DNA from: the human T2T-CHM13v2.0 reference genome, Homo sapiens
Assembly (NCBI RefSeq): GCF_009914755.1
Contig: NC_060930.1
Direction: 5' to 3' (one strand)
Length of the DNA: 64,000 nucleotides
In this document: positions 43,031 to 63,149 of the stretch, in pieces
Numbering within the stretch: position 1 is the stretch's first letter
Layout: each line of letters starts with the position of its first letter
Translations under genes and position numbers: made by a program
Notes under the pieces: model-generated
Told to the model about the DNA's origin: nothing
Databases searched by the model: none
Seen by the model: only the letters and a program-made list of their open reading frames with translations

Positions 43031-45404
43031 TGTGCCTTGAAATAGTTGGTTTTTTTTTTTTTTAAGTTCAAAGAATATTATGATGATTTTGTTGTACTCT
43101 TTAACATTTTAATTTGGGGCGGGGAGGGCCTGTTGAGAGCAGATTCATTTTGGAAATACTGTTGCTGTGCTCTTCAAAGTGAAGGAAAAGGCGCTGTGCC
43201 TCATTTTTAAAAGACCTACATAAAAGACAAGGAGACTTGACACTTGTTACTTTTATGACACTTTGTCCCAGGGTATTGCAGTAGAAAGTAATGTGGGACA
43301 GCTTCACAGGGTGTCTGCCAGAAGATAATGTGTTGGAACTGTGGGCTGGCCTAAGTAAGACATTTTGTGAATTGAAAAAAGGTATAGTGATCATTTCTAG
43401 CAAATTCATTTAATCATTTAGATAAATGAGGCATTATTTTCTTCATGCTTCCATCCAATCCTGGAGGTGAATTTTTTCCGTCAGATCATTCTATAAGTCA
43501 CCAATTCAAATTTTCGCTTGGTGATAATGGAGTCTAAGATGAGTGGAAGATAAATGTTCCAGCTTGTCCCAACGTTTAAGTGCAGTTTTAACAAGGGTGA
43601 CTTAAGTTCTCTCTTAATCATTCAAATCAATTGTAAGTATCATATGTTTGTGCTTTAGGGAACTGATTGTGGGGCAGAGGGTGGGTTGAAGAAGTGGTTT
43701 GTGTGACTTTTCAGCAAGAAATCTGCTTCTAAAATTCTCACTATTTGTGAGGGTTGGAGGGTAAGTAACCAGATCTGTTTGAAATTAGCTTATGTGCTTG
43801 CATTAAGGCTTTTGTAAATATTTTATGCCATTTAAGTTCACAGTAGAAATGGCCTAAGTATCTTTTTAGTAGATTTTAGTAGAAGAGTAATCCATAAAAT
43901 GTATTATTAACATGTACTCAAATTGAGCAGGCATCTTTCTTTGACACTTAGATAACAGTCATGAGTTCTATGGTTTTTTTCTTGTCATTGTTAAAATTTT
44001 CTCTTTTAATAAGATAATACATGCTTATGTATAAAATTGAAATACTGTAGAGAAAGGGGGAGATGAAAAGTGAGTGTCACTCCCGGATGTGACCTTGACA
44101 TCCTCATTCTCTTCTCCAAGAGCAGTAACTGCTATTACTTTTTCTTGGGTATCATCAAGATAATTTCTATGCATATACAGTTATTTTATGTATATTGTTT
44201 TAAACAAATGTGATCATACCATAAACACAGATGAGTTGCACCTTGTTTTTTTTTACTTGGTCTCTTTGGCATTTTTCCATTTTTTAATGTATCTAGACAA
44301 CTACATTTTTAATGCTTACATAGTATATTTCCGTTATATTAAGGAATCATAATTTATTTGAATCACTTATAAATGGATTTTTTTCTATAAAATTGGCTGT
44401 AAGCCAGAGTATATCAGGTACTATAAATACATCACTAATTTGAAACAAATAATGGCTCAGGCAATCCCCTGTCTGGAATATTTCCAGTGGTGGAATGGGT
44501 TTTGCTTTGGGTTGCGTGCACGCGCACGCACGTGTGTGTCTTCGCTTTACTGTTTTTCTGTTCTAATTTTGAGGAAGAAAGATTCCCAGAAATAACCTGT
44601 CCAGTTCAGTTAAAATATTTCATTCATGTGAGAATGCACACATTTTAGAGTGTTTAGAGGTATATCTTTCAAAGTGCTTTCTATTATGTTTGTGGGTTAA
44701 TCGATTTTAGGAATGGGTTGATTTTTTTGTTTGTAATTTTAAAAAATTATTTCAAAAACAACTACTTGTAATTAAATTATTTTTTCAAAACTGTGATTTT
44801 GTTAAAATTTATTTTACTAATCACTAGTTTTAAACGTGATATGACTATCTTAGCTTAGACATTTATTTATTAAAAGGTATGACTTTTTAAACGAAACCTT
44901 TTTTGCATTAGAATTTGTGACATTTTTATATGGGGTTAAGTCAGGTCACAGATTAATGTATCTTACAGTTGTCTTTTTCTACTCTTTAAAATTCATATAG
45001 TAAGAAGGTTAGTTGTAAACACCAATGAAATATATATACTTTGCAAGAAGACAGTTTTGAGAGCATAGGCAGTAAAGTGGAAGGAATTCCATTGTTTTTG
45101 ACAATCTTGCATATCTCTCATTTTCCCATTGTTTAATTTCTAAGTGGATGTTCAGTGGAGGCTAACGCCTGAGAGTGCTGATGGGAAATGGTGGAAATCT
45201 GGAGCTACAGTAGCAGTGAACAAGAACACCAGCTAATAAAGTTATCATATCAAAGAATAAAGCCTTTACCACATGCTCACTGGTGGCTTTCACCCTCGGG
45301 CTCCTCTGAGCAGTAGTAACCCAGGTTGAACCCTTCAGGTATTTTCTGGAAGAAAGCTTAATTACAAACTTTTCCTTGAATTACATTAGGTTAGAAAACA
45401 TGCA

Positions 45405-45702
45405 GCCAGGCACGGTGGCTCATGCCTGTAATCCCAACACTTTGGAAGGCTGAGGTAGGCAGATCACTTGAGCTTAGGAGTTTGAGACCAGCCTGGGCAA
45501 CAAGGCGAAACCCCATCTCTACTAAAAATCCAAAATTAGCTGGGGGTGCTCGTGCACACCTATAGTCCCCAGGTACTCCGGAGGCTGAGGTGGGAGGATC
45601 ACCTGAGCCTGGGGACGTCAAGGCTCCAGTGAGCTGAGATCACGCCACTGCACTCCAGCCTGGCAACACAGTGAGACCCCCATCTCAAAAAAAAAAAAAA
45701 AA
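45405..45702 (+). mobile_element. AluJ-like element
   Basis: Alu consensus with poly(A). Confidence 0.85.
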
Positions 45703-47083
45703 TGCTGTAGGTGAAAGAACCATGCAACACTTCAAAGATTGATAAAATATTTACAAAATGCTCTCATTTTTAAACTTATAAGGCATACTGAAGTAGTGTA
45801 TCAGGCAAGTGAAAGCCTCACTAGAAGAAGGAAAGACTAGAATTTAAAAAATGTTTTAACCCATAAGGTCATCCTGGACTTACCCCAAGGACAAGAATGT
45901 CACACTGTCTTTATCCAAGTCTCAAAGGTAAATATCACAATTATTTACTTAGATCCCTTTAAAAGTGATCATTTCTTTTTTTTTCTTTTTTCATAAATAA
46001 TTACAAGAACAAGCAAATAATTTCTCCTTTTATTGCTGAGGCTAAAGAAAAGCAGTAAAATTTTATTGGGAAACATTTGAGCTTTTCATTACATATTTGC
46101 AATTGCTATGTATGTGCACATAGGTTCAGTAGTATGTTGCACTAGCATTTGGAAACTATAATCTGTGGAAAGTGTGACACTCCTAGATTGGCAGATATTT
46201 GCGTGTTTGAATTGTGATACGTGACCACTGGTCTTATTTTTGTGTCAAAAGGATGATCTTTTCCAATAAAGTCTTAAGTCTTTAAAAAAAAAACCTTAAC
46301 TGCTGAATGTGCCTCAATTAATATAATAGATAATATTCTTGAGAGTTATGGAAGATGGATGTACCAGAAAACTTCCCTCTCTCCTCCTCTTTTTTGAGAC
46401 AGGGTCCCTGTTTCCGAAGCTGGAATGCAGTGGCATGGTCACAGCGTCAACCACTTGGGCTTAAGCAGTCCTCTCACCTCAGCCTTTCCAGAGGCTGGCA
46501 CTACAAGCATGTGTGCCTGGCTACTTTTTAAAAAATTTTTTGTAGAGTTGGAGTCTATGTTGCCCATGCTGGAGGACTTCCTGTTAAGGAAAATCCTTAT
46601 TAAATGTTTTTCTAGCAAGAATAAATACTCTCATTCATTTTTATTTGTAGGTACTGATTTTCATAAATATTTGTGATTGATGTTGCATGTACCTTTTCAA
46701 GAACTTTTCTGATAAAGCGCTAGATTCCTTAGTGTAATAATACTGGTATAGCCAAGGTGTGTGTTAATTAACTGGCTCTGTTTCCATTTCAAATGATAAT
46801 TTGAGATGAAAATAGATGGATTTCAGAATTGATTATTGATGTAATAGAAACAAGGTGTAGCTGTTTGGGCACTTTTTGTTTAGGGTTTATTTTTACTGCT
46901 GTGTTGGCAAAATACTGAAATGCAGAAGATGGATGTGTCCCAGAAAAGAAGATGGTAATTATGGGGAAGCATCTGCTGTGATATAGTTATGTTTGTATGT
47001 GTTACATCTATCACTGTAATAATTGTAAGCAAAGACAGAGAGTTTTGGCTTCATTTTGTGATGGATGGCTCTTTCCTTTGCAG

Positions 47084-47238
47084 CCAAACAGGGAAAAAGT
47101 TAATGGCGAAGTGTCGAATGCTTATCCAGGAGAATCAAGAGCTTGGAAGGCAGCTGTCCCAGGGACGTATTGCACAACTTGAAGCAGAGTTGGCTTTACA
47201 GAAGAAATACAGTGAGGAGCTTAAAAGCAGTCAGGATG
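47084..47238 (+). CDS. WTAP: WTAP exon 7 (SQTGKKLMAKCRMLIQENQELGRQLSQGRIAQLEAELALQKKYSEELKSSQD)
   Basis: ttgcag|CCAA...GATG|gtaagg. Confidence 0.96.
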
Positions 47239-48143
47239 GTAAGGGGTTTGTTTCTTTTTGGAACGTTGTCTCAACTTTGCATTGGCTTTTTAAAACTGCC
47301 AGTCATGAATATTATAGGTTAGATTCTGTACATTGTTAACCTCTGCCCTATGATTGTATATTATTGTGAGTGAAGCATTTTTAGTTGAGTCCGCAAACAA
47401 AGCCATATAATTTTAGTTTGTTTATCCCCACCCTCCTAATTCTTTATTGTTCAAAATTTCTTACATTTTTGTTTTTAGTTGGGGGTAGGATTTGGTAAAA
47501 GATAAAAGGGTGTTGTATTACTTAACAAGATGGACAAATTTGTATTCATTGTTTGAAAGGGAGAATAAGCATTTCTCGTTAAGTGTAAATCTTAGAAACA
47601 TGGGCAGTTTTCAGCGATCTGAAAGTAATAAAGTTGATTGTATCTGTGAAGGTTTTATTAGTGAATAAGAGATTTAATCTTTAAATTTGCTGAGATAAAA
47701 CTTGTCAGCCTCCATCCTTTTTAGTGCAAGTGTAGCTGTATCTCTGTTTCTCTTCTTTGTAAGGTGCATTATTAATAAGGAAAATATCCAAATTCTTTGA
47801 AATTTTAAATTGAAAATTAGTGTCTCTGGTTAATTGCAAAGATGATCAGTAGCCAAGTAATTTCTTCTGAACTACCTACCTTTTCAAAATCTTCAGGAAT
47901 TATTTCCTGTGACTTTTGTCCTTTTATGTGTAACAGTCCTTGGTTGAGAACATGGGCCTCTTTGGAGTGTTATAGAGGACCACACTATCCTTAAGGATCA
48001 GACTTGCTATGGAACTAAGGCACTGGATCAGGAATAAGGGGATTGGCCATAGTGGGCCCATAGGTAAACGTGAGTCAAACTTTGGGGCTGTAATCAGGCA
48101 TATGGCAAGATGGATCAAAACAATTTTAACTTGGTTGCTTAAT

Positions 48144-48445
48144 ACAGTTGCCCTCGGTATCCATGGTGGATTGGTGTCAGGACCTCCCACAGTAAGCCCC
48201 TCATATAAAATGATGTCATATTTACATATAAACCTATGTACATCTTCCCCTTTGAGCCATCTCTAGATTAACAGTACCTAATACAATATAAATGCTAGGA
48301 AAATAGTTATTTTACTGTATTGTTTGGGGGATAATGACAAGAAAAAAAATCTGTACATGTTCAGTATAGACCCAGTTTTTTCTTCCTTGAATATTTTCCT
48401 TCTACAGTTGGTTGAATTCATTGTTGCATGTGGAGGGCCAACTGT
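48144..48445 (+). mobile_element. MER2 (Tigger-family) DNA transposon
   Basis: ta-CAGTTGCCCTCGGTATCCATGG...GAGGGCCAACTG-ta termini. Confidence 0.8.
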
Positions 48446-48651
48446 ATATTATTTTAAGTATCTGACTTCCCCCAAAACAAACTCAGTCATATTTTAAGAT
48501 TCCAAGCAAAATTTTTAAATGTAGTGTGATTTTAGAATTGTATTTGTTTACTTGAGCGTTTATTGACTCCCTTGCTTTGTGGCAGGCACTAAAGAAACAT
48601 TTTTCAATGTTATAAACGATATTAAAGTTGGTCTGACTCTCCTTTGCACAG

Positions 48652-49235
48652 AACTGAATGACTTCATCATCCAGCTTGATGAAGAAGTAGAGGGTATGCA
48701 GAGTACCATTCTAGTTCTGCAGCAGCAGCTGAAGGAGACACGCCAGCAGTTGGCTCAGTACCAGCAGCAGCAGTCTCAGGCCTCTGCCCCAAGTACCAGC
48801 AGGACTACAGCTTCTGAACCTGTAGAACAGTCAGAGGCCACAAGTAAAGACTGCAGTCGTCTGACAAACGGACCAAGTAATGGTAGCTCCTCCCGCCAGA
48901 GGACGTCTGGGTCTGGATTTCACAGGGAGGGCAACACAACCGAAGATGACTTTCCTTCTTCTCCAGGGAATGGTAATAAGTCCTCCAACAGCTCAGAGGA
49001 GAGAACTGGCAGAGGAGGTAGTGGTTACGTAAATCAACTCAGTGCGGGGTATGAAAGTGTAGACTCTCCCACGGGCAGTGAAAACTCTCTCACACACCAA
49101 TCAAATGACACAGACTCCAGTCATGACCCTCAAGAGGAGAAAGCAGTGAGTGGGAAAGGTAATCGAACTGTGGGTTCCCGCCACGTTCAGAATGGCTTGG
49201 ACTCAAGTGTAAATGTACAGGGTTCAGTTTTGTAA
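48652..49235 (+). CDS. WTAP: WTAP exon 8 coding part (ELNDFIIQLDEEVEGMQS...VNVQGSVL*); exons 2-8 total 1191 nt = 396 aa, pre-mRNA splicing regulator / m6A writer adaptor
   Basis: cacag|AACTG; exon lengths 30+56+59+128+179+155+584 = 1191. Confidence 0.97.
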
Positions 49236-49915
49236 TATTTTTTCAGCAAATTTTTATACAGTGTCATTTAATTTGGGAGAGGATACTGTCCAGAAAATTA
49301 ATGCATACTTTTGTCACAATTTGCCTTTTTGTGGGTGTACGTTTTGGTTTTTTTTTGTTGTTTTTTTTCTTTGTTTTTTTTTTCTTTTCTTTTTTTTTTT
49401 TTTTTTTTTTTTTTGCTTCAATACTTCTGCCGCTTTGGAAATTGTAACAGTTAATTACTTTGAATGTTGCTAAAAGGACATTTTGTGTAGGGTCAAGTTA
49501 TTTTTATATGAGTTAATGTGAAATTGTAAATGGAAATTTTTCCTTAAAATACAACACAATGATGTCTGTATAAATCTGTCTGTTTAGAATCTGTGCTGTG
49601 TAAGGGCATTCGTACTCATGCTGTTACTGTACTTATGCACCATTCAGACTTGTTAGAGTAGATGTGGGTTTATGACTGCCAAGTTTGCCCAGTACAGTAG
49701 TTTTTTATCACTAAAAGTTGGACTCATTGATGGAGTCCTGTAGTAGTTTCAGTGTTAGATACAGTTTTTTCCACCATACATCTGTGCATTTTCTCTTTAG
49801 GTGACTGTTTAAGAAATTTGTGTGCATAGTTACTCAGTTTTTATGAACTGTTGTATCCTGTTAATGCATATTGCTCTGTGACTCCAGTATATCTTACCTG
49901 TACTGACCAAACCTA

Positions 49916-49921
49916 AATAAA
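49916..49921 (+). terminator. WTAP: WTAP long-isoform poly(A) signal AATAAA
   Basis: AATAAA ~680 nt after the stop, with a downstream GU/U-rich element. Confidence 0.8.
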
Positions 49922-50219
49922 GATTTTTATTGTAACTCCTTAATTAGCTTTTTTGTTTTGTTTTGGGTGTATGTTTAGCATTTGTCATTTTCATTGAGTC
50001 ATTGAATTTCTACTCATTATCCTTCAAGTACCACAACAGTCAAACTTAAGACCAAGCATCGATTACGATTTTGCACACAATTTTTAATTTATGCCTTATT
50101 TTGCAAAACGGAGCTGGAGTTTAGGGCTACACTTAAAATTTTTTCTTGACTTATAATTGTTACAAAATATTTTAAAATACAGAAAAGTATAAAGAAAATA
50201 GTCATCTATTTCTTAGGCT

Positions 50220-54201
<3,982 letters not shown>

Positions 54202-55718
54202 TGATGTGCTTGTAAGAATTTAAATGAAGAGGGTCAGTCAGCTTAGGAGACGAGGTTAGATGTAAGGATTTCAGACTTGTCAGTATACAGGTGGTGATTG
54301 ATGCCGTAGGAATGACTGGTATTACCCAGGGAGCTCGTGCAAAGTAGGAGCCTTGGGGAACATGTTAAGGGGATGTGAGAGTAAGCCCACAAAGACTCAG
54401 AAGTGGCCAGGGAGTAAGGGGAAAATGGGATAGAATAGAGCAAAAGCCACGGGAGGCATTCCTTGAATTCCTTGGACTCAGATATGTTAGGGGACAGGAA
54501 ACACATTGAAGACAACTGAAGAGACTTCAGTGTGCTGCTGAGTTCTTAGCAGAGTAGACAGCTGATTTCACCACTATTCCAGACCCTAAAGATTTCTCCT
54601 GAAATTGCACTGTTATGCAATTTTTTTCCTTCTCTATTGCCCCACCTCTGGGGCCTACACTCTTTACCTTCTCTGATTTATCTGACCCATCCGCGTATCT
54701 CTGCAAAGTCTTAATGTAGGTTTCCAGGATTTAATGATTCTTTCAATCAACTTTAAAGTTCTTCAGGAAGATTCTCCAGGTCCGTCAACAGTTTTCCCCT
54801 TCATGACTTTGTGACAAAGCTTTCTTGTTCCACTATCCAGGTGTTCCCAACAAGTTGCTGTAACGGTGGCCCCTCATAAGCTTGCCTGGAAACCCTAGAA
54901 AGCTCAGAAAAATTATGAACTTTGCCCAGTAAGAGGCTGGGAAGTCAGAAAGGGTTTTAAACAAAACTGACCCCACTTGTTACATGCTCCTTTCACTGTC
55001 CAAACGTCAACCAAAGGAACTTTTGTGACGCTAAGACGCTCCCGGCGTCCTCACCCGTTCACAGCCAGAGTTGATCTTAGAAGGCAGGGGGCTCGCACCG
55101 AGACGCTCCTAGCAAGCCCCTCACGCGAGCGAATGACTGGCGCCAGGAGAAACGCATAGGACCTCCCGAAGCCGCCGAGAGCAAAAGGACCCATCAGAGC
55201 TGTGCTGAGACCCGCCGCGGGCCGGGCTCGCACTCGAGATTCTCGCCCGTGGGATTCCAGTCCTGAGCTGAACGAGAGATAAGTCTTTGTCACCCCCCAG
55301 TCTTTACTGTTTCGAGAAACCCTAAGATTTTTTAAAAAAAAGCCCAAAACGTCAAGTCGGGGAACTCCAACATTGGGGTGTCCAGAAACACTGGGGTTTC
55401 AGGCGCTCTGTAAATGCGTCCGAGGTCCGCGGTTCTGCCCGCAGGCCCAGACCCCGGCCTCACTTCCGCCCCGCGCCCCGCGCCCCGGCCTCACTTCCGC
55501 CCCGCGCCCCGCGCCCCGCGCCCCGCGCGCCTCCGCCCGCCCCTGCTCCGGCCTTGCGCCTGCGCACAGTGGGATGCGCGGGGAGGTGGTGCGCGGGGAG
55601 GTGGAGGGCGAGGGGCGGGGCTACCTCAGGTCCCGCCCGCGGCAGGCCTGTGGGCTGCGAGGAGGAGCTTTGCCTAGCTTGCAGGCAGCGCAGGGCAGAC
55701 GGCGGCAGGAGAAGCAAG

Positions 55719-55773
55719 ATGAATGCAGGCTCAGATCCTGTGGTCATCGTCTCGGCGGCGCGGACCATCATAG
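55719..55773 (+). CDS. ACAT2: ACAT2 exon 1 (MNAGSDPVVIVSAARTII), cytosolic acetoacetyl-CoA thiolase
   Basis: AAGATGAATG...ATAG|gtgagt; thiolase N-terminus. Confidence 0.96.
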
Positions 55774-56268
55774 GTGAGTGGCCGGCGGGAGCCGCGCAGA
55801 GTCCGAGGCGCCTGCTGCTTCGGCAGGAGCGCCGAGGGCCGGACTTGTGTAGGAGAGGGGCGTATGTGGAGGAAGCCGGTCAGGCCAAGCCGCGAGGAGC
55901 CGCGGGATCCCTGGAACCCTGCGCCTCCCGCGTTCCCTGACCTGGTGCTACAGCCCCACCCTCTCCTCTCCCGATGTGCGTACTCCGTCCCTCGTGCTTG
56001 GATTGGCTCCCGGGGTAGAGCCATCGCGTGGCCTGCCTCTCCCATTGGTTGGCGTAGGGAGGTGTTCTCCTCCGGGGCCCCTGATTGGCCGGCTCCGGGA
56101 GGCGCCATCGGTAATGCCTGCGGCAGGGGCGGAACTGCTAGGTGGTCTGAGCCCGGCTTTGGGCTGGGGTCGGGCTGTCACACAATGGCTAGAAGTCGTG
56201 ACTTCGTCTCCTTCGTGCCGCATGGTTTTCAACGCCCTTGACCCGCCGGTTCCTTTTGTTTGGGAAGC

Positions 56269-56410
56269 ATGGGGTCGCATCCAGTCCTTCGGATTTGGGG
56301 AAATAGAAGGGCTACAGCGGCGTCCCTAGGCCGTTCTGGAGGTCGCCTGTCCAGCCCTCGGCTGCTGCGAGTTGTGGCACCCACCTTGACCTTTGCTCAG
56401 ACCAGCAGGT
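56269..56410 (+). CDS. ACAT2: ACAT2 alternative first coding exon (MGSHPVLRIWGNRR...FAQTSR), phase-compatible with exon 2
   Basis: AGCATGG Kozak-like start, 142 nt open, donor GGT|gtagga in phase 1; matches my recollection of an N-extended isoform. Confidence 0.55.
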
Positions 56411-56473
56411 GTAGGAACGTGTGGGAGGAGAGGGCACTGCCTCCTCGCGTGGCCTTGCCAAACAGGGTCATGA

Positions 56474-56695
<222 letters not shown>

Positions 56696-56736
56696 TGATT
56701 CCAGGAGAAGTCAGGCTTATTAGAAACAGCCCATAA

Positions 56737-56790
56737 ACACACACACACACACACACTCTCACACACTCACACACTCTCTCACTCACTCAA
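56737..56790. repeat. (CA)n/(CACT)n microsatellite
   Basis: Directly visible. Confidence 0.9.
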
Positions 56791-56900
56791 GTTCTTGCCT
56801 CCTTGCTTTTGCTCAGAGTTCCCTCTGTTATGATTCCTCCTGTTGGCCCCCTTCTTCCAGCCCTGTCAGTAGCTTCTATCCAGCTTGAGACTCAGCTTCT

Positions 56901-60325
<3,425 letters not shown>

Positions 60326-60605
60326 TATTTAAGCCATATCAAAAGATGAGGATGACACTTCTTTCTTAATGTATTAATGACTTATTTATGGAGGAGAAAG
60401 CTTATATCTATGAAATACCTACAGAGCAGCACAAGGCAGTATATATTCAAGGGCTAGACTGTGACAGGTGGAGAGTGTATACAGGCCTTTTTGCCTCCAG
60501 TGGGCACTTACTTGACCTGTAGGCTTTCAGAAGTGGCAGGTAACCCAACTGGCAATTTTCCACACACTTTCACTGTGACATTTTGTCTTTCTCCTTGATT
60601 GCTAA

Positions 60606-60824
<219 letters not shown>

Positions 60825-62136
60825 TGATGAGGTGGCTTTCACTGACCTCACACTGAGAAACTCATGTCTATGCCAGAACAGAGTAAACAGATGCATAGCA
60901 GAGCTGGAACCAAACAGTGAACAAATAAACAGAAATGACAACCTTGATCCCTACTTGAATGTGAAGTATTCTTCAGTTTGGGTGGGAAATCCGGGTTGAT
61001 AAGAAGTTTATCAACCAGTGTGATTGGAACCGAATATACTTTTTCTAAACTATTAATGAAGCATGTAATATTTTCTGAATTAAATTCATATTAGTTGCTT
61101 GATGTCCTTGGTTTTAAATTTCTTTCCCATTGTGAGTAAAAGGCAAAAAACAGATGTTGCCACTTACCTTCCTGCACATGACAAGGAGATCCTGGGGACC
61201 AGACTTTTTGACCTTTTCAGGGTATAGAACATGTAAAAGAGGACCACCAAGTGGTGCCCTTCTCCAGTAGGTTTGCCAGGCATGATTTGTTTCACCAAGT
61301 TCCATACCTCAAACTGGCATAGTGGTTGAAAGAAAAACTATACCCCCTGCTTCCTACTGATGCAGCTCAGGGGCTGAGGTGCAGATTCCCTAGATAGAAG
61401 CTGATTCAGCCCAGCCATTGCTGAGGTTCAGGAGGAGGCAGGCTAAAGGTAACAAAAATAATCGGAGTGATTTTGATGGGATGACACTGACATCTGTGTA
61501 GTACTTTACCAGGTGCTTTTGTACATGTGTTCACAACAGCCCCATATAGGGTAGATGATACCATTCCCAGTTTACAGGTAAGGAAACTGAGGACCAGAGC
61601 CAGCATTCAAATACAACTCTTCCGACTCTAAGTCCAATCAATGACTCTTTCCATTCTAATATACCTGCTGTTGAGTTGGTGAGAGTTAAGACTGGCCGCT
61701 ACTCAGAAATCCCTCCCCATCATTTAGTTAGCCTGATTATTCTCACTGTAGACATTATGTCATCCATTGAAATAGGTAACACATTGTTAGCTTTACTTAA
61801 GCCCTTAGAGGATTTCTTCATTTAACAGATAATTAATTGCCTCGATGGAAAGAATAAATGGAATTCTTAAGGAAACAGGACACAGAATGGGTAGGTTTGA
61901 GGGAGAATTGAAAATGGGTAGGTAGGAGAGTAATCGTTCCCAACAATAGGAAAGATGAAGTCTGCTAATTCCAGGGGTCTTTAGACCTTGGCCTGGCTGA
62001 GGACCTAGAACTGGGGAGAAGGGCTGCAAAGGGGCCTAGATGAAGACTTAGGAAATACTAGATAGTTTTGAGTTGTATTCTGGGGAGAAGACTAATTGCA
62101 ACTAAGCCTAAATCCATTTTTATTTCTGACTTCTAG

Positions 62137-62358
<222 letters not shown>

Positions 62359-63149
62359 TAAGGATTTTTATATCTCTTCTTTGATTAACTGAAGTGAAGT
62401 AAGTATTCTCTTCTTTGTGAACTCTTGATTATCAGAGAATGTTAGAAGTGGGAAGTACCTCAGAGTTCTTCTGGATCAACCCCTCATTTTACCAAATGAA
62501 GAAACAGGGCCCACAAATAGTGCTTCTGTGGCAGAGGTAGTGACAGAGATAAACCAGTTGTTTTTTTGGTACCTAGCTGTACTTTTTGTACTACACAATT
62601 GGGTTATTGGTCATTCATGCTGAAGGGTCCTGTGGTCTAAGTTTAATGGCAAAGCAACTGGGAAATCAAAAGCACTCTTGTCTTTAGTATACATGTAAAA
62701 CTTAAGAAACAGAATAGACATTTTAGAGTTAAAGAATCAAACCCTGAGAAGTTAAGCACCTTGCTCAAATGCATGCAGCAATGGCTCTGGTTTTATGTAA
62801 CACATAAATATGTGAAAAAGGTAATGGGGAAAAGTACAAGATTCCAAGAGGGAACTGTGTGCATGAATGCTAGGAAGGAAGGAAGGGCTTAGGGATATGG
62901 GAAGCAATGAGAAGCTCAAGGCATCTTGACCACTTCTCGACTTACAGCCACAACAGAGAAGGCTATAAAAACACAGGCAGACAATGGAAGACACTGTGTG
63001 ACCAACTGCCTCAACCATAACTAGAGGTGGTCATTAAAAATTCAGATCCCGAGCCCTTTCCAAGGTGTACTGTGGATTGAATGGTACTCTTCCAGCCTCC
63101 AGAACTGTAAGAAAATAAATTGCTCTTCTTTAGAAAAAAAGAAAAGAAA

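Larger units (their letters stand above)
55030..56450. promoter_or_regulatory. ACAT2: ACAT2 CpG-island promoter: duplicated ETS+GC-box module (55452-55513), NRF1-like TGCGCCTGCGCA (55555-55566), three CCAAT boxes in intron 1
   Basis: CpG density and motifs read directly. Confidence 0.9.

Noticed and set aside
48579-48651. N-terminal extension of the 218-aa ORF
   Set aside because: Intronic sequence upstream of the exon 8 acceptor at 48650-48651
55373-56329. Overlapping ORFs around the ACAT2 promoter
   Set aside because: GC-rich artefacts, apart from the true exon 1 segment
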